Part shown: piece after piece, positions 17,454-25,313 of the stretch
Position numbering within the stretch: the first letter of the stretch is position 1
Layout: each line of letters starts with the position of its first letter
Made by a program: the position numbers and the translations under genes
IMG/VR virus record: IMGVR_UViG_3300048855_000109
Coordinates: 1-25,521 of that record
Strand: one strand, 5' to 3'
Length of the DNA stretch: 25,521 nucleotides
Origin: a virus
Lineage: Duplodnaviria; Caudoviricetes
Notes under the pieces: model-generated
Database searches by the model: none
What the model saw: only the letters and a program-made list of their open reading frames with translations
What the model was told of the DNA's origin: nothing

Positions 17454-17643
17454 GGGGCGTCACCTCGATCCCGCCGGTCTGGTGCAGGACGCGGTGGTGC
17501 GCGACGGTCTGCGCGATCTCCGCCGGGAACGACCCGGTGAGGGTCCACGGGCAGTGCCGGCACTCGGCGCGCACGCCGGTTTCCGTCTTGCGGACAGGGG
17601 CGCGGGGGCGGGCGAAGACAGGGTGCTGGTCGGTGGTCGGCAT
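17446..17643 (-). CDS. Small Zn-finger-like protein (65 aa)
   Basis: 'CRHCPW...HHRVLH'; TGATG coupling. Confidence 0.6.
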   Translation of the reverse strand: MPTTDQHPVFARPRAPVRKTETGVRAECRHCPWTLTGSFPAEIAQTVAHHRVLHQTGGIEVTPRA

Positions 17644-17969
17644 CAGCGACCCCCGGCCCGGATCGCCTTGGTCCGCGCCGCGACGGCGCGCACCCGCGCG
17701 GTGGCGTACACCTGGGTGACGTCCGGCAGGGCGAGGTCGGGCTGCAGCTCCAGCTGGTCGAGGACGTGCTCGGCGTCGGCGGCGCGCGGCGTCAGCCACC
17801 ACGTGCCCGTCGCCGGCCCCGGGGACCACACCGACCAGGTGCCGGGCAGCCGCCACAGGGTCACGGTCGCACCGACCACGGGCGTGGAACCGCGGGGGCC
17901 CTCCATGAGCGCCTTTGTCGACGGGTCGAGGGGTCGCAGCAGCGCGCCGTCCTTCTGCTTGACGCTCAC
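17643..17969 (-). CDS. Hypothetical phage protein
   Basis: Coupled by stop/start overlaps on both sides. Confidence 0.6.
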   Translation of the reverse strand: MSVKQKDGALLRPLDPSTKALMEGPRGSTPVVGATVTLWRLPGTWSVWSPGPATGTWWLTPRAADAEHVLDQLELQPDLALPDVTQVYATARVRAVAARTKAIRAGGR

Positions 17970-18286
17970 GGGCCCATCACCCCGACGACGACGATCGCGA
18001 CCAGCGCTGCCAGCATCAGGACGCTGATGAGGGCGACCGCCTCGATGACGTGCCCGATGGCGTTGCGGCGGTGCACGGCGTCCTCGGACCGCTCGACGGC
18101 CTCGACCCGGGCGGCGGCGTCCGCCATCACGAGCTCGTCGAGGCGGTCGGGCCGCCGGGACTGCGCCATCGCCTGGCGGACGTGCCGGTCCCAGGACGCG
18201 TGCGCGGCCAGCGCGCGGTCGTCCTCGGCCGTCCAGGTGGTGTCGCGCCCGCGGGCGTGCCGCTGGGCGTCGCTGTCGGTGCTCAT
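17966..18286 (-). CDS. Hypothetical protein with C-terminal TM helix
   Basis: ATGA overlap, GGAGG RBS; hydrophobic tail. Confidence 0.65.
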   Translation of the reverse strand: MSTDSDAQRHARGRDTTWTAEDDRALAAHASWDRHVRQAMAQSRRPDRLDELVMADAAARVEAVERSEDAVHRRNAIGHVIEAVALISVLMLAALVAIVVVGVMGP

Positions 18287-18600
18287 GCGGTCCTCCACTC
18301 GTCCTCGCGGAAGTAGTCGTGCTCCTCCGCCGGGTCGTACGGCGCGAGCGCCTCGATGGCGTCCGCCTGCGCGGTGTCGAGCGTCTGGTCGAGCGGCTCG
18401 AGGTGGGTGACGGCGGCGGTGCGCAGCAGGTGCGCCGTGCCGGCCGGGTAGAAGACGAGCGCGTCGGCGGCCTCGCGGCGGGTGGCCTTCGCGGCCTCCC
18501 GGTCCGGCACGCCGTGCACGCCGTCCTCGCAGGCGCACAGCTGCCAGGTGGTGGTGGTCTCGACCACCTGCTCGACGATGGCGAGCGTCCTGGCGCCCAT
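18283..18600 (-). CDS. Hypothetical phage protein
   Basis: TGATG coupling, operon orientation. Confidence 0.65.
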   Translation of the reverse strand: MGARTLAIVEQVVETTTTWQLCACEDGVHGVPDREAAKATRREAADALVFYPAGTAHLLRTAAVTHLEPLDQTLDTAQADAIEALAPYDPAEEHDYFREDEWRTA

Positions 18601-18911
18601 CAGGCGGCGACCGGCACGTCGATGCGGTTCGCGAGCTCGGTGAGCAGCCAGCCGACGACGGCTGCGCTGTCCGGCTCGGCGATGAGCGCGTCCGCGAGGT
18701 GCTGCAGCTGCATCAGGCCGGCGACCGGCTTGGGCCGCTGCGCACGGAACGCCAGGGCGAAGCCCGCGAGGAAGTCAGCCTGGTCGTCGGACGAGGCGTC
18801 GGCGATGAACTCGCCGAGCGCGGAGTAGTCCGCGACGACCGTCGAGGTGGTCGTGGTCGTCCGCACGCCGAGCACGCTGTGCCCCGACTGGACGAGCGGG
18901 GTGGTGGTCAT
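18600..18911 (-). CDS. Hypothetical phage protein
   Basis: AGGAG RBS before ATG 18911. Confidence 0.65.
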   Translation of the reverse strand: MTTTPLVQSGHSVLGVRTTTTTSTVVADYSALGEFIADASSDDQADFLAGFALAFRAQRPKPVAGLMQLQHLADALIAEPDSAAVVGWLLTELANRIDVPVAA

Positions 18912-18996
18912 GGGATGGTGCTCCTGTCGCTAGATCGACGTGGGCCGGTTCTCGTGGATGGGGGCCGGCCTTCGTCGTGTCCGGGGTGGTGCTGGG

Positions 18997-19218
18997 TCAG
19001 GCGGCGAGGCCGCGGCGGGCCGCCGCCTCGCGAAGGGCGATGAACTCCTCCACCGCCGCCGGCCGGAACTTCCACGGGGAGGTGACCCCGCCGCGCCCGG
19101 CCTTGAAGCCGCGCAGCTCGCCGCGGCGGGCGAGGTCGCGGACGGTCTGCTCGTCCTGGCCGGTCTGCTCTGCCACGTCACGCACGGACAGCAAGCCGCT
19201 CGTCGAGGCACGCATCAC
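18997..19218 (-). CDS. xis: Excisionase-family HTH protein
   Basis: 'LLSVRDVAEQTGQDEQTVRDLARRGELRGFK...WKFRPAAVEEFI'; follows Cro. Confidence 0.75.
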   Translation of the reverse strand: MMRASTSGLLSVRDVAEQTGQDEQTVRDLARRGELRGFKAGRGGVTSPWKFRPAAVEEFIALREAAARRGLAA

Positions 19219-19526
19219 GCGGCCATGAGCGCTGGGCGGCCGGTGGAACGGCTTCCGTTTGCCACAGCGGGCACGGGGTCAGACTCGTGGGCCTCGAAAA
19301 GCTCCTCCCACGGGACGTCGAGGCGCGCCGCCACCGCGATGGCGAAGTCCTCGGAGATCGTGCGGAGCTTGCCAGCCTCGAGTGCGTAGATCGCCGTCTG
19401 CGAACGACGCACCAGATACGCCAGGTCGCGCTGCGTGAAGTGGCGCTGCTTGCGCCACCGGCGGATCTTCGCCGGGTCCTTGACTCGCATCCAGACCTCC
19501 CTTCGGGAACGGAACGGGGTCGCCAT
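19215..19526 (-). CDS. Cro-like XRE HTH regulator
   Basis: 'FTQRDLAYLVRRSQTAIYALEAG'; GAGGAGG RBS; divergent from repressor. Confidence 0.88.
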   Translation of the reverse strand: MATPFRSRREVWMRVKDPAKIRRWRKQRHFTQRDLAYLVRRSQTAIYALEAGKLRTISEDFAIAVAARLDVPWEELFEAHESDPVPAVANGSRSTGRPALMAA

Positions 19527-19543
19527 GGTGCCTCCTCAGTAGT

Positions 19544-19645
19544 CGGGTTGACAAGTGGAACGGTAGCCACGTGCCACCGGGTTGTCAACGAGACCACCAC
19601 GAAACCCCTCTACATCGCCGTCTAGACATGCGGGTAGGTTGTCAG
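19544..19645 (-). promoter_or_regulatory. Early lytic promoter (TTGACA-N17-TACCGT) with candidate operators CGGGTTGWCAA
   Basis: -35 at 19588-19583, -10 at 19565-19560; repeats 19544-19554, 19578-19588, partial 19637-19645. Confidence 0.75.
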
Positions 19646-19700
19646 CGGCCGACTTTCGCGGCGTAGCACCACCGACCACCAGACCGGGAGCATCAGCGCC

Positions 19701-20225
19701 GTGAACGACCCTCAGACGCTCCAAGCGCTGCTCGATGCCGCGATGGCTCGCCGTCAGGTGACCTCGGGTCGGCAGCTCGCGGACCTCGCGAAGGCCAACG
19801 GCTACGCGCTGTCCCACGCGACGGTGAACCTGATCCGGTCCGGCAGTCACCAGCGCCGGCCCAGTGAGGGCACCGTCCGGGCCATCGGCTGGCTCGCTGG
19901 CGTCTCCGAGCGTGAGGCGTTCGCAGCGGCTGGCCTTCCGGTACCCGGGCCGCCGTTCGCTGACGAACTGCCGCCCGGCGTGGACTCCCTCTCGCCCAAG
20001 GCCCGGCGCGCCGTCATCGAACTCCTGAGGGTGCTCGTCGACGAGGAGCGTGATGGCGATGCTGAGCACGCCGCCCCCACCAAGACCGCCCGCAGCGCCA
20101 CAGCTGCGGGCGGACCCAGCAAGGACGAGATGGGCCTCGCCGCGATGGCCGGCACGCCGGCGTACGCCGAGCGCGACGCCACCGGCGAGCACAGCCAGGA
20201 CCCGGGGCACGACGACCCCGCCTGA
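19701..20225 (+). CDS. Immunity repressor (N-terminal HTH, no S24 autopeptidase domain evident)
   Basis: 'SGRQLADLAKANGYALSHATVNLIRSG'; divergent from Cro, upstream of ImmA. Confidence 0.8.
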   Translation: MNDPQTLQALLDAAMARRQVTSGRQLADLAKANGYALSHATVNLIRSGSHQRRPSEGTVRAIGWLAGVSEREAFAAAGLPVPGPPFADELPPGVDSLSPKARRAVIELLRVLVDEERDGDAEHAAPTKTARSATAAGGPSKDEMGLAAMAGTPAYAERDATGEHSQDPGHDDPA

Positions 20226-20231
20226 CGCCGC

Positions 20232-20400
20232 GTGACGCATTACGAGGCGCGTTCCCGCAGGTCGTGACGGGTTCGGCCCGACCACCCCGTTGCACCTCCC
20301 GTGTGCATATGTGCGCGCGCGAGGGGCTGATAAGTGGTCGGAACCCGTCACACCCGTCACGACCTGCACAAACGTCGACGTCCGATGTGTCACCTGACGC
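20232..20400. repeat. Second GTGACG-iteron element with a 16-bp inverted repeat
   Basis: GCAGGTCGTGACGGGT 20257-20272 / ACCCGTCACGACCTGC 20352-20367; 20254-20269 is the exact reverse complement of 10186-10201. Confidence 0.7.
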
Positions 20401-20404
20401 GTCA

Positions 20405-20426
20405 TGTCGGTGGTGGGACCTACCGT
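20405..20426 (+). promoter_or_regulatory. PafBC/RecA-NDp-type promoter motif TGTCGG-N10-TACCGT
   Basis: TGTCGG(TGG) 20405-20410, TACCGT 20421-20426, in-frame GTG 7 nt later. Confidence 0.72.
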
Positions 20427-20433
20427 CCCGCTC

Positions 20434-20847
20434 GTGACCTTCCACCCTTGGCGCCGACTGCGGGCGCGCCCGCATGTCGAAGTGCTGTGGGTGCCGCAGC
20501 CCGTCGGCCGGCTCGCCGCCACCGACGGTCTGAAGCGCATCTTCATGGACCCGAGGCAGAACCAGGTCCAGCGGCGTTGCTCGATCACCCACGAGCAGGT
20601 CCACATCGACTGGGGCCACACCAGCGGCTGCAGCCACCGCGAGGAGCGTGCCGTCCGGGCCGAGACCGCCCGTCAGCTCGTCGCCTTGCCGGACCTGCTC
20701 GCGGCGTACCGGTGGGCCGACAACCTGCACGAGGTCGCCGACGAGCTGTGGGTCACCACCGACGTCCTGCGCGACCGCATCGACCACCTCACTGACGACG
20801 AGACCGCGCTGCTGCTGCAGCTGTACCTGGAGATGGAGCCCCGTTGA
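20434..20847 (+). CDS. ImmA/IrrE-family Zn metallopeptidase (antirepressor)
   Basis: 'RCSITHEQVH' HExxH, 'EERAVRAETARQL', 'VADELWVT'; leaderless GTG 20434 preferred to ATG 20404. Confidence 0.88.
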   Translation: MTFHPWRRLRARPHVEVLWVPQPVGRLAATDGLKRIFMDPRQNQVQRRCSITHEQVHIDWGHTSGCSHREERAVRAETARQLVALPDLLAAYRWADNLHEVADELWVTTDVLRDRIDHLTDDETALLLQLYLEMEPR

Positions 20848-21086
20848 CGCTGACCGATACCGACCGCGCCGCCCTCGACCTCGAGGCCCGGTTCTGGAAG
20901 CACGCCGGCACGAAGGAGGACGCCATCCGCCGCGAGCTCGGCGTCAGTCCGACCCGGCAATACCAGCGGGTCGCGCGCCTGCTCGACGAGCCCGCCGCGG
21001 TCGCGTACGCACCGTTCGTCGTGAACCGGCTGCGCCGCATCCGCGCGGCACGCCGGCGCTCGTCCCGGCTCGCCCTGGGGGTCTGA
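20844..21086 (+). CDS. DUF3263-family protein
   Basis: 'AALDLEARFWKHAGTKEDAIRRELGVSPTRQYQRVARLLD...VVNRLRR'; TTGA coupling. Confidence 0.85.
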   Translation: MTLTDTDRAALDLEARFWKHAGTKEDAIRRELGVSPTRQYQRVARLLDEPAAVAYAPFVVNRLRRIRAARRRSSRLALGV

Positions 21087-21087
21087 C

Positions 21088-22245
21088 GTGGCGAATGTCG
21101 AGGACCGGTGGACGAAGCCGGACCCGGACGGCGGCCGCAAACGTGTCCGGACCGACAGATACGGCACGGGCCTGCGGTGGCGGGCCACCTGGAACGAGCC
21201 GGACGGCTCCCGGCGCCGGCGGTCGTTCGCCACGAAGGACGCCGCGCAGGCGCACCTCGAGCACGTCGGGGTCGCCAAGCGGACCGGCGCGTACGTCAGC
21301 GCGGACCGCGGGCGCATCACGGTCGCCGAGTTCGCAACGTCCTGGCTGGACGCGCAGACCCACCTGAAGCCGTCCGGCCGGGAGCGGGTCGAGGGGATCG
21401 TGCAGCTGCACCTGCTGCCCCGGTGGGGTGCGGTTGCGCTGGCCGACATCACGCACGAGGACGTGCAAGCGTGGGTGAACTACCTCGACGGGTCCCCGGC
21501 GACGATCCAGCGAGTGCACGGCGTGCTTGCCCGGATGCTCGACGGCGCGGTCAAGGCCCGTCGCGTCGTCACCAACGAGGCCCGCGGCGTGAACCGCCCG
21601 AAGCGCGTGAACCGGGAGCACCGATATCTGACCGTCGGCGAGCTGGACCGGCTGCTGGCCGAGTGCGGCGCATGGGCACCGGTGGTGCGCTGCCTCGCCC
21701 TGACGGGCATGCGGGTAGGCGAGGCCGCCGAACTGCGGGTGCGGGACGTCGACGTCGCGAGGAAGCGCGCCGTGGTGTCCCGTTCGATGACGACCCTCGC
21801 GGGACGGCGCGTCGTGGGGTCGACGAAGACGGACGCCGGCGTGCGGTCGGTGCCGCTCGTCGAGGAGGTTCTCGACGACGTCCGCGAGCTCGTGAAGGGT
21901 CGACGCCGGGACGACCTGGTGTACCTGACCCCGAAGGGTGCGCAGCTGCGCAAGGACAACCTGCGGCGGGCGTTCCGCGCCGCGGTGGTTGCGGCCGGCA
22001 TCGACGGCGGTCTGCGCCCGCACGACCTGCGGCACACGGCGGCGTCACTGGCGGTGGCGTCGGGCGCGTCGGTGAAGACGGTGCAGCGGATGATGGGGCA
22101 CGCGTCAGCGGCGATCACGCTGGACGTGTACGCGGGCCTCTTCGATCAGGACCTGGACGACGTGATGGACCGGATCGGGGTGCTGCTGCTGCGCGAGCGG
22201 TCCCGCTCGCAGCCCCCGAACGGCTCCCAGGACGAGGCGGCGTAG
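21088..22245 (+). CDS. int: Tyrosine integrase
   Basis: 'LTGMRVGE', 'HDLRHT', 'MGH', 'TLDVYA' catalytic residues; N-terminal arm-binding domain. Confidence 0.97.
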   Translation: MANVEDRWTKPDPDGGRKRVRTDRYGTGLRWRATWNEPDGSRRRRSFATKDAAQAHLEHVGVAKRTGAYVSADRGRITVAEFATSWLDAQTHLKPSGRERVEGIVQLHLLPRWGAVALADITHEDVQAWVNYLDGSPATIQRVHGVLARMLDGAVKARRVVTNEARGVNRPKRVNREHRYLTVGELDRLLAECGAWAPVVRCLALTGMRVGEAAELRVRDVDVARKRAVVSRSMTTLAGRRVVGSTKTDAGVRSVPLVEEVLDDVRELVKGRRRDDLVYLTPKGAQLRKDNLRRAFRAAVVAAGIDGGLRPHDLRHTAASLAVASGASVKTVQRMMGHASAAITLDVYAGLFDQDLDDVMDRIGVLLLRERSRSQPPNGSQDEAA

Positions 22246-22274
22246 GCGCTGACCTGCGATGGGACCACATCCGA

Positions 22275-22322
22275 TCCGCGCTTACACCGCGGAGGTCGCC
22301 GGTTCGAGACCGGCCGGGCCCA
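22275..22322 (+). other. att core: displaced 3' portion of tRNA-Val(TAC)
   Basis: Anticodon arm CCGCG-CTTACAC-CGCGG, AGGTC, T-arm GCCGG-TTCGAGA-CCGGC, acceptor CGGGCCC-A; no 5' acceptor strand or D-arm upstream. Confidence 0.88.
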
Positions 22323-22634
22323 CGCACACCCACCGTCATCGCAGGTCAGCTGCTGTCCCTGACTCACGTGCCACCCTCGGGCTGGCTTGGTCGCTGGGCC
22401 GGCGCCACAGTCTGACCGCGCTGATGATCGTCGCTCGTTCTAGCGCCCAGGATCTGCGTCGCGCTCTGCCGGCGGTCAGGCAGACTCCGCGGGTCATCAA
22501 CCGGGACCGGAGACAGCGCCGTGTGAGTCTGCGCCGGACCGGCGATGGCGGCGTCCTGGAAGCGGAGCGCCATGACCGGGCGGGTTGTGTCCTGGCGTCG
22601 ACGGGACTTTTCCTGTGCCTTTGCTCTGGCGCGT

Positions 22635-22661
22635 CGCGCTCACACCCGCGGAGGTCGCCGG
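22635..22661 (+). repeat. Degenerate second copy of att core
   Basis: CGCGCTCACACCCGCGGAGGTCGCCGG vs CGCGCTTACACCGCGGAGGTCGCCGG (22277-22302): one substitution, one insertion. Confidence 0.7.
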
Positions 22662-22891
22662 GCCGTCACCGGACCGGCGAGCGGTTCCAGCCGAGGCTGG
22701 GAGGTTGGTGGACAAGCCGAGAGCCCCGGAGCGGTGTCGCACCGCTCGGCCGGGGCCCTCTGCACTGCTGTTCTCGCCTCGTCCTCGACGGTAGGCGGCG
22801 GGTACCAGAGAGTCAAGCATCTGCCGGAACCCGACCAAGTGGAAGTCAATCGCCGGCTGGCCCCAGGCTGCCGTCGTGGCAGGGTGGCTGC

Positions 22892-23428
22892 GTGACCTCG
22901 ATCGACGTCGATCTCGACCCGCCCGAGCCCGCCCGCGGTCCGGATCCGCGGGTCCTCGCGCGCCGTCGCCGCCGCGCGGTGGTCGTCCTGGCGGTCCTCG
23001 CCGTCGCGGTGACGAGCGTCCTGGCCGTCCGCGCGCTGGTGGCCGACGACGCGGTCGACCCGACGGCGCTGCCTGGCGTCGAGCAGGTGATGGCGACCGT
23101 GGAGCAGCGGATCGGCGAGCACGGGGCGTCGTTCGGCGGCACGTCCTGGGGTCCGGACCGCCCGATGAGCGGGTCGGCGACGTCACCCGGCGGGGCGTGG
23201 ACGGCCGACCTGACCGTCGCCTGCACCTCCGTCGACGGGGCGCCGGCGCACCTGCGGGTCACCAGCGGCGGTGTCGAGGTCGGCGCGATGACGGTGCCGT
23301 GCACGCAGGGCGGGGACGTGGCGGCAGCGCCGGCGGTCAGCACGCTCGAGCGCGTGCAGCTGGGCGCGTCGTGGGGCGTGGAGGTGGCCGCCGAGTCCGT
23401 GGCCGTGCTGGCGGTGGTGGCGTCCTGA
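22892..23428 (+). CDS. Host membrane-anchored hypothetical protein
   Basis: GTG 22892 six nt after CAGGGT; RRRRR then TM helix, extracellular domain with two Cys. Confidence 0.7.
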   Translation: MTSIDVDLDPPEPARGPDPRVLARRRRRAVVVLAVLAVAVTSVLAVRALVADDAVDPTALPGVEQVMATVEQRIGEHGASFGGTSWGPDRPMSGSATSPGGAWTADLTVACTSVDGAPAHLRVTSGGVEVGAMTVPCTQGGDVAAAPAVSTLERVQLGASWGVEVAAESVAVLAVVAS

Positions 23429-23514
23429 GGGCGCGTCACCCGCGGAGCATGACGACCCGGCGCCCGGACGGAGCGACGCTGGGGACACCCGCGGCACCAG
23501 GAGGCGAGGCGCCG

Positions 23515-23721
23515 ATGCTCTACCACATCCGGGTGGTCGGCCCGGAGCGCGACCTGGACGACCTGCGCGACTACGCCGACATCGTCGCGGCCCCGACCCG
23601 GGACGGCGCGATCCTGTCGTGCGAGGTGCCGGACTCGTCGGGCCTGACGGGCGTGGTGGCGCTCCTGAGCGACCTGGGGGTCGCGATCGCCGAGCTGCAG
23701 GTCGTCGGCCACCGCGCCTGA
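23515..23721 (+). CDS. Small ACT-like hypothetical protein
   Basis: AGGAGG RBS; 'YHIRVVG...VPDSSGLTGVVALLSDLGVAIAEL'. Confidence 0.65.
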   Translation: MLYHIRVVGPERDLDDLRDYADIVAAPTRDGAILSCEVPDSSGLTGVVALLSDLGVAIAELQVVGHRA

Positions 23722-23731
23722 ACCGGGCCGC

Positions 23732-25039
23732 TCAGGCCACCACCCGCAGCACCGGCGTCCAGTCGCCGCCCGCTCGGGGCGTCGGGGCGTAGAGCCGCAG
23801 CGTCAGGCAGAAGCTCCCGGCGGGCGCGGGCAGCCACGCGGCCGTCGCGCCGGCGCCGCGGTCGGACGGCCGCTGGTGCTGCACGGCCACCGTCAGCGAG
23901 CCGTCCGGCGCCCACGGCAGGCCGGCGACGCCGGGGTGCAGGGCGGTCCGGTGCAGGGGGTTCGCGACGAGCTCGCCGGACGGTTCGGCGTAGGCGGCGA
24001 GCGACCAACCCAGGCGGGCGGGTGCGTCGGCGGGCAGCGTGAGGCGGTACCGGCGGTGCCCGTCCAGCGGTTCGCCCTCGACGTGGCGCCACCGCAGGAC
24101 GCGGACCTCCGACGGCTCCGGGGCGTGCAGCTCGACGGCCGCGGCGACGGCGCGCCGCAGCGCGGGGGTCCCGGCGTCGCCCTCCCGCTGGGCCGCGTCC
24201 TGCAGCTGGGCGGCACCCAGGGCGGCGCCCCGGGCGACGAGGTTCCGGGTCCGGGCGCTGCGGTCGGGGCTGTGCAGATCGGGGAGCACGCCGAGCCGGC
24301 GGCACCGGTCGACCAGAGCCCGGTCGGCGGGGTCGTCCGGGAGGACCAGGCGCAGCAGCAGCGCGAGGTAGTCGACGAACCCCGGGCCCCACGCGCGCTC
24401 CTCGTCCCACGGCAGCCAGTCGACGGACGGCGCGGGCCGGGGCGGCGGCACCCCGCCGAGCGCGTGCAGCGGGCGGACCCGGTAGCTGCGCTGCAGCGCG
24501 GGGGCGAGCTCGACGTCGTCGGACGGCGGCAGGGCCGTGCGGGTCAGGACCCGGACCAGCCCGGACCCCGTCCGCAGGACGCCCCGGACCCCCGGGGGCC
24601 GCGGCCCCTCCCAGGCTGTGCTCGCGACCACCCAGTCGGCGGCGGCGGGCCCGGTGGCGACGACGCCCAGGTGCGCGACGGTGCGCGCGAGCAGGTCGAC
24701 CACCTGGAGCCCCGCGTACGCGTCGGCGGGGAGGTTCGGGTGCCCGAGCACGGCGGGCTGCGCGCGGAGGTCGAGCCAGGCGCTCGACCTCAGCAGCCGC
24801 GGATCGGCCCACCGGCTGCCGTCGCCGGGCGCGGGCGGGGCGTCGTCGAGGTCGAAGACGTCGAACGCGGCGACCCCGGTGCGCACCTCCGTCCGCAGCT
24901 CCCGGTAGCCGAGCAGGGCGGGGTACGCCCACACGTACGCCTCGGCGGCTGCCCGGACGACCTCGGGGTCGCGCGCCTCCGCCAATCCGCCCACCGCCTC
25001 CGTGCTCCGCCCGTGCCCGGTCCGGACGACCCGCAGCAC
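23732..25039 (-). CDS. DUF1254/DUF1214 domain protein (start uncertain)
   Basis: 'EAYVWAYP', 'SAWLDLRAQP', 'PLDGHRRYRL', 'WSLAAY', 'WLPAPAGSFCLTLRLYAP'. Confidence 0.82.
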   Translation of the reverse strand: MLRVVRTGHGRSTEAVGGLAEARDPEVVRAAAEAYVWAYPALLGYRELRTEVRTGVAAFDVFDLDDAPPAPGDGSRWADPRLLRSSAWLDLRAQPAVLGHPNLPADAYAGLQVVDLLARTVAHLGVVATGPAAADWVVASTAWEGPRPPGVRGVLRTGSGLVRVLTRTALPPSDDVELAPALQRSYRVRPLHALGGVPPPRPAPSVDWLPWDEERAWGPGFVDYLALLLRLVLPDDPADRALVDRCRRLGVLPDLHSPDRSARTRNLVARGAALGAAQLQDAAQREGDAGTPALRRAVAAAVELHAPEPSEVRVLRWRHVEGEPLDGHRRYRLTLPADAPARLGWSLAAYAEPSGELVANPLHRTALHPGVAGLPWAPDGSLTVAVQHQRPSDRGAGATAAWLPAPAGSFCLTLRLYAPTPRAGGDWTPVLRVVA

Positions 25040-25313
25040 CGAGCACAGCCGAGCGCAGCGGGTCGCGCCTCACCCGTGCTGCATGAACCCGCTCCGTGAG
25101 CCCGCCGGACGAACCCGTCGCACGAGCCCGCACCAGCCCGGCCGAGCGCCCCGCGACGACCTCGGTCACGGCGTGTCGGTGATCCGGGTCAACAAAGGTG
25201 TGACGCAGCGCACACCGGATGTGCCAGGCTGGGTACCGGCGACCCGGGGGCGCCGCGGGCACCGCCCGAGTCACGGCCCGCCGCGGACGTCCGACGCGTC
25301 GGGGGGCGTGGAG

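Larger units (their letters stand above)
1..22322. mobile_element. Temperate phage prophage (right part; continues left of the window), integrated at tRNA-Val(TAC)
   Basis: Ordered head, terminase, replication, immunity and integrase modules ending at a tRNA 3' fragment just after the integrase. Confidence 0.96.

Noticed and set aside
22275-22322. Functional tRNA-Val gene
   Set aside because: 5' acceptor strand and D-arm are missing; it is an att fragment
22364-22573. 69-aa minus-strand ORF in the att scar
   Set aside because: No convincing RBS or recognisable motif; probably non-coding remnant
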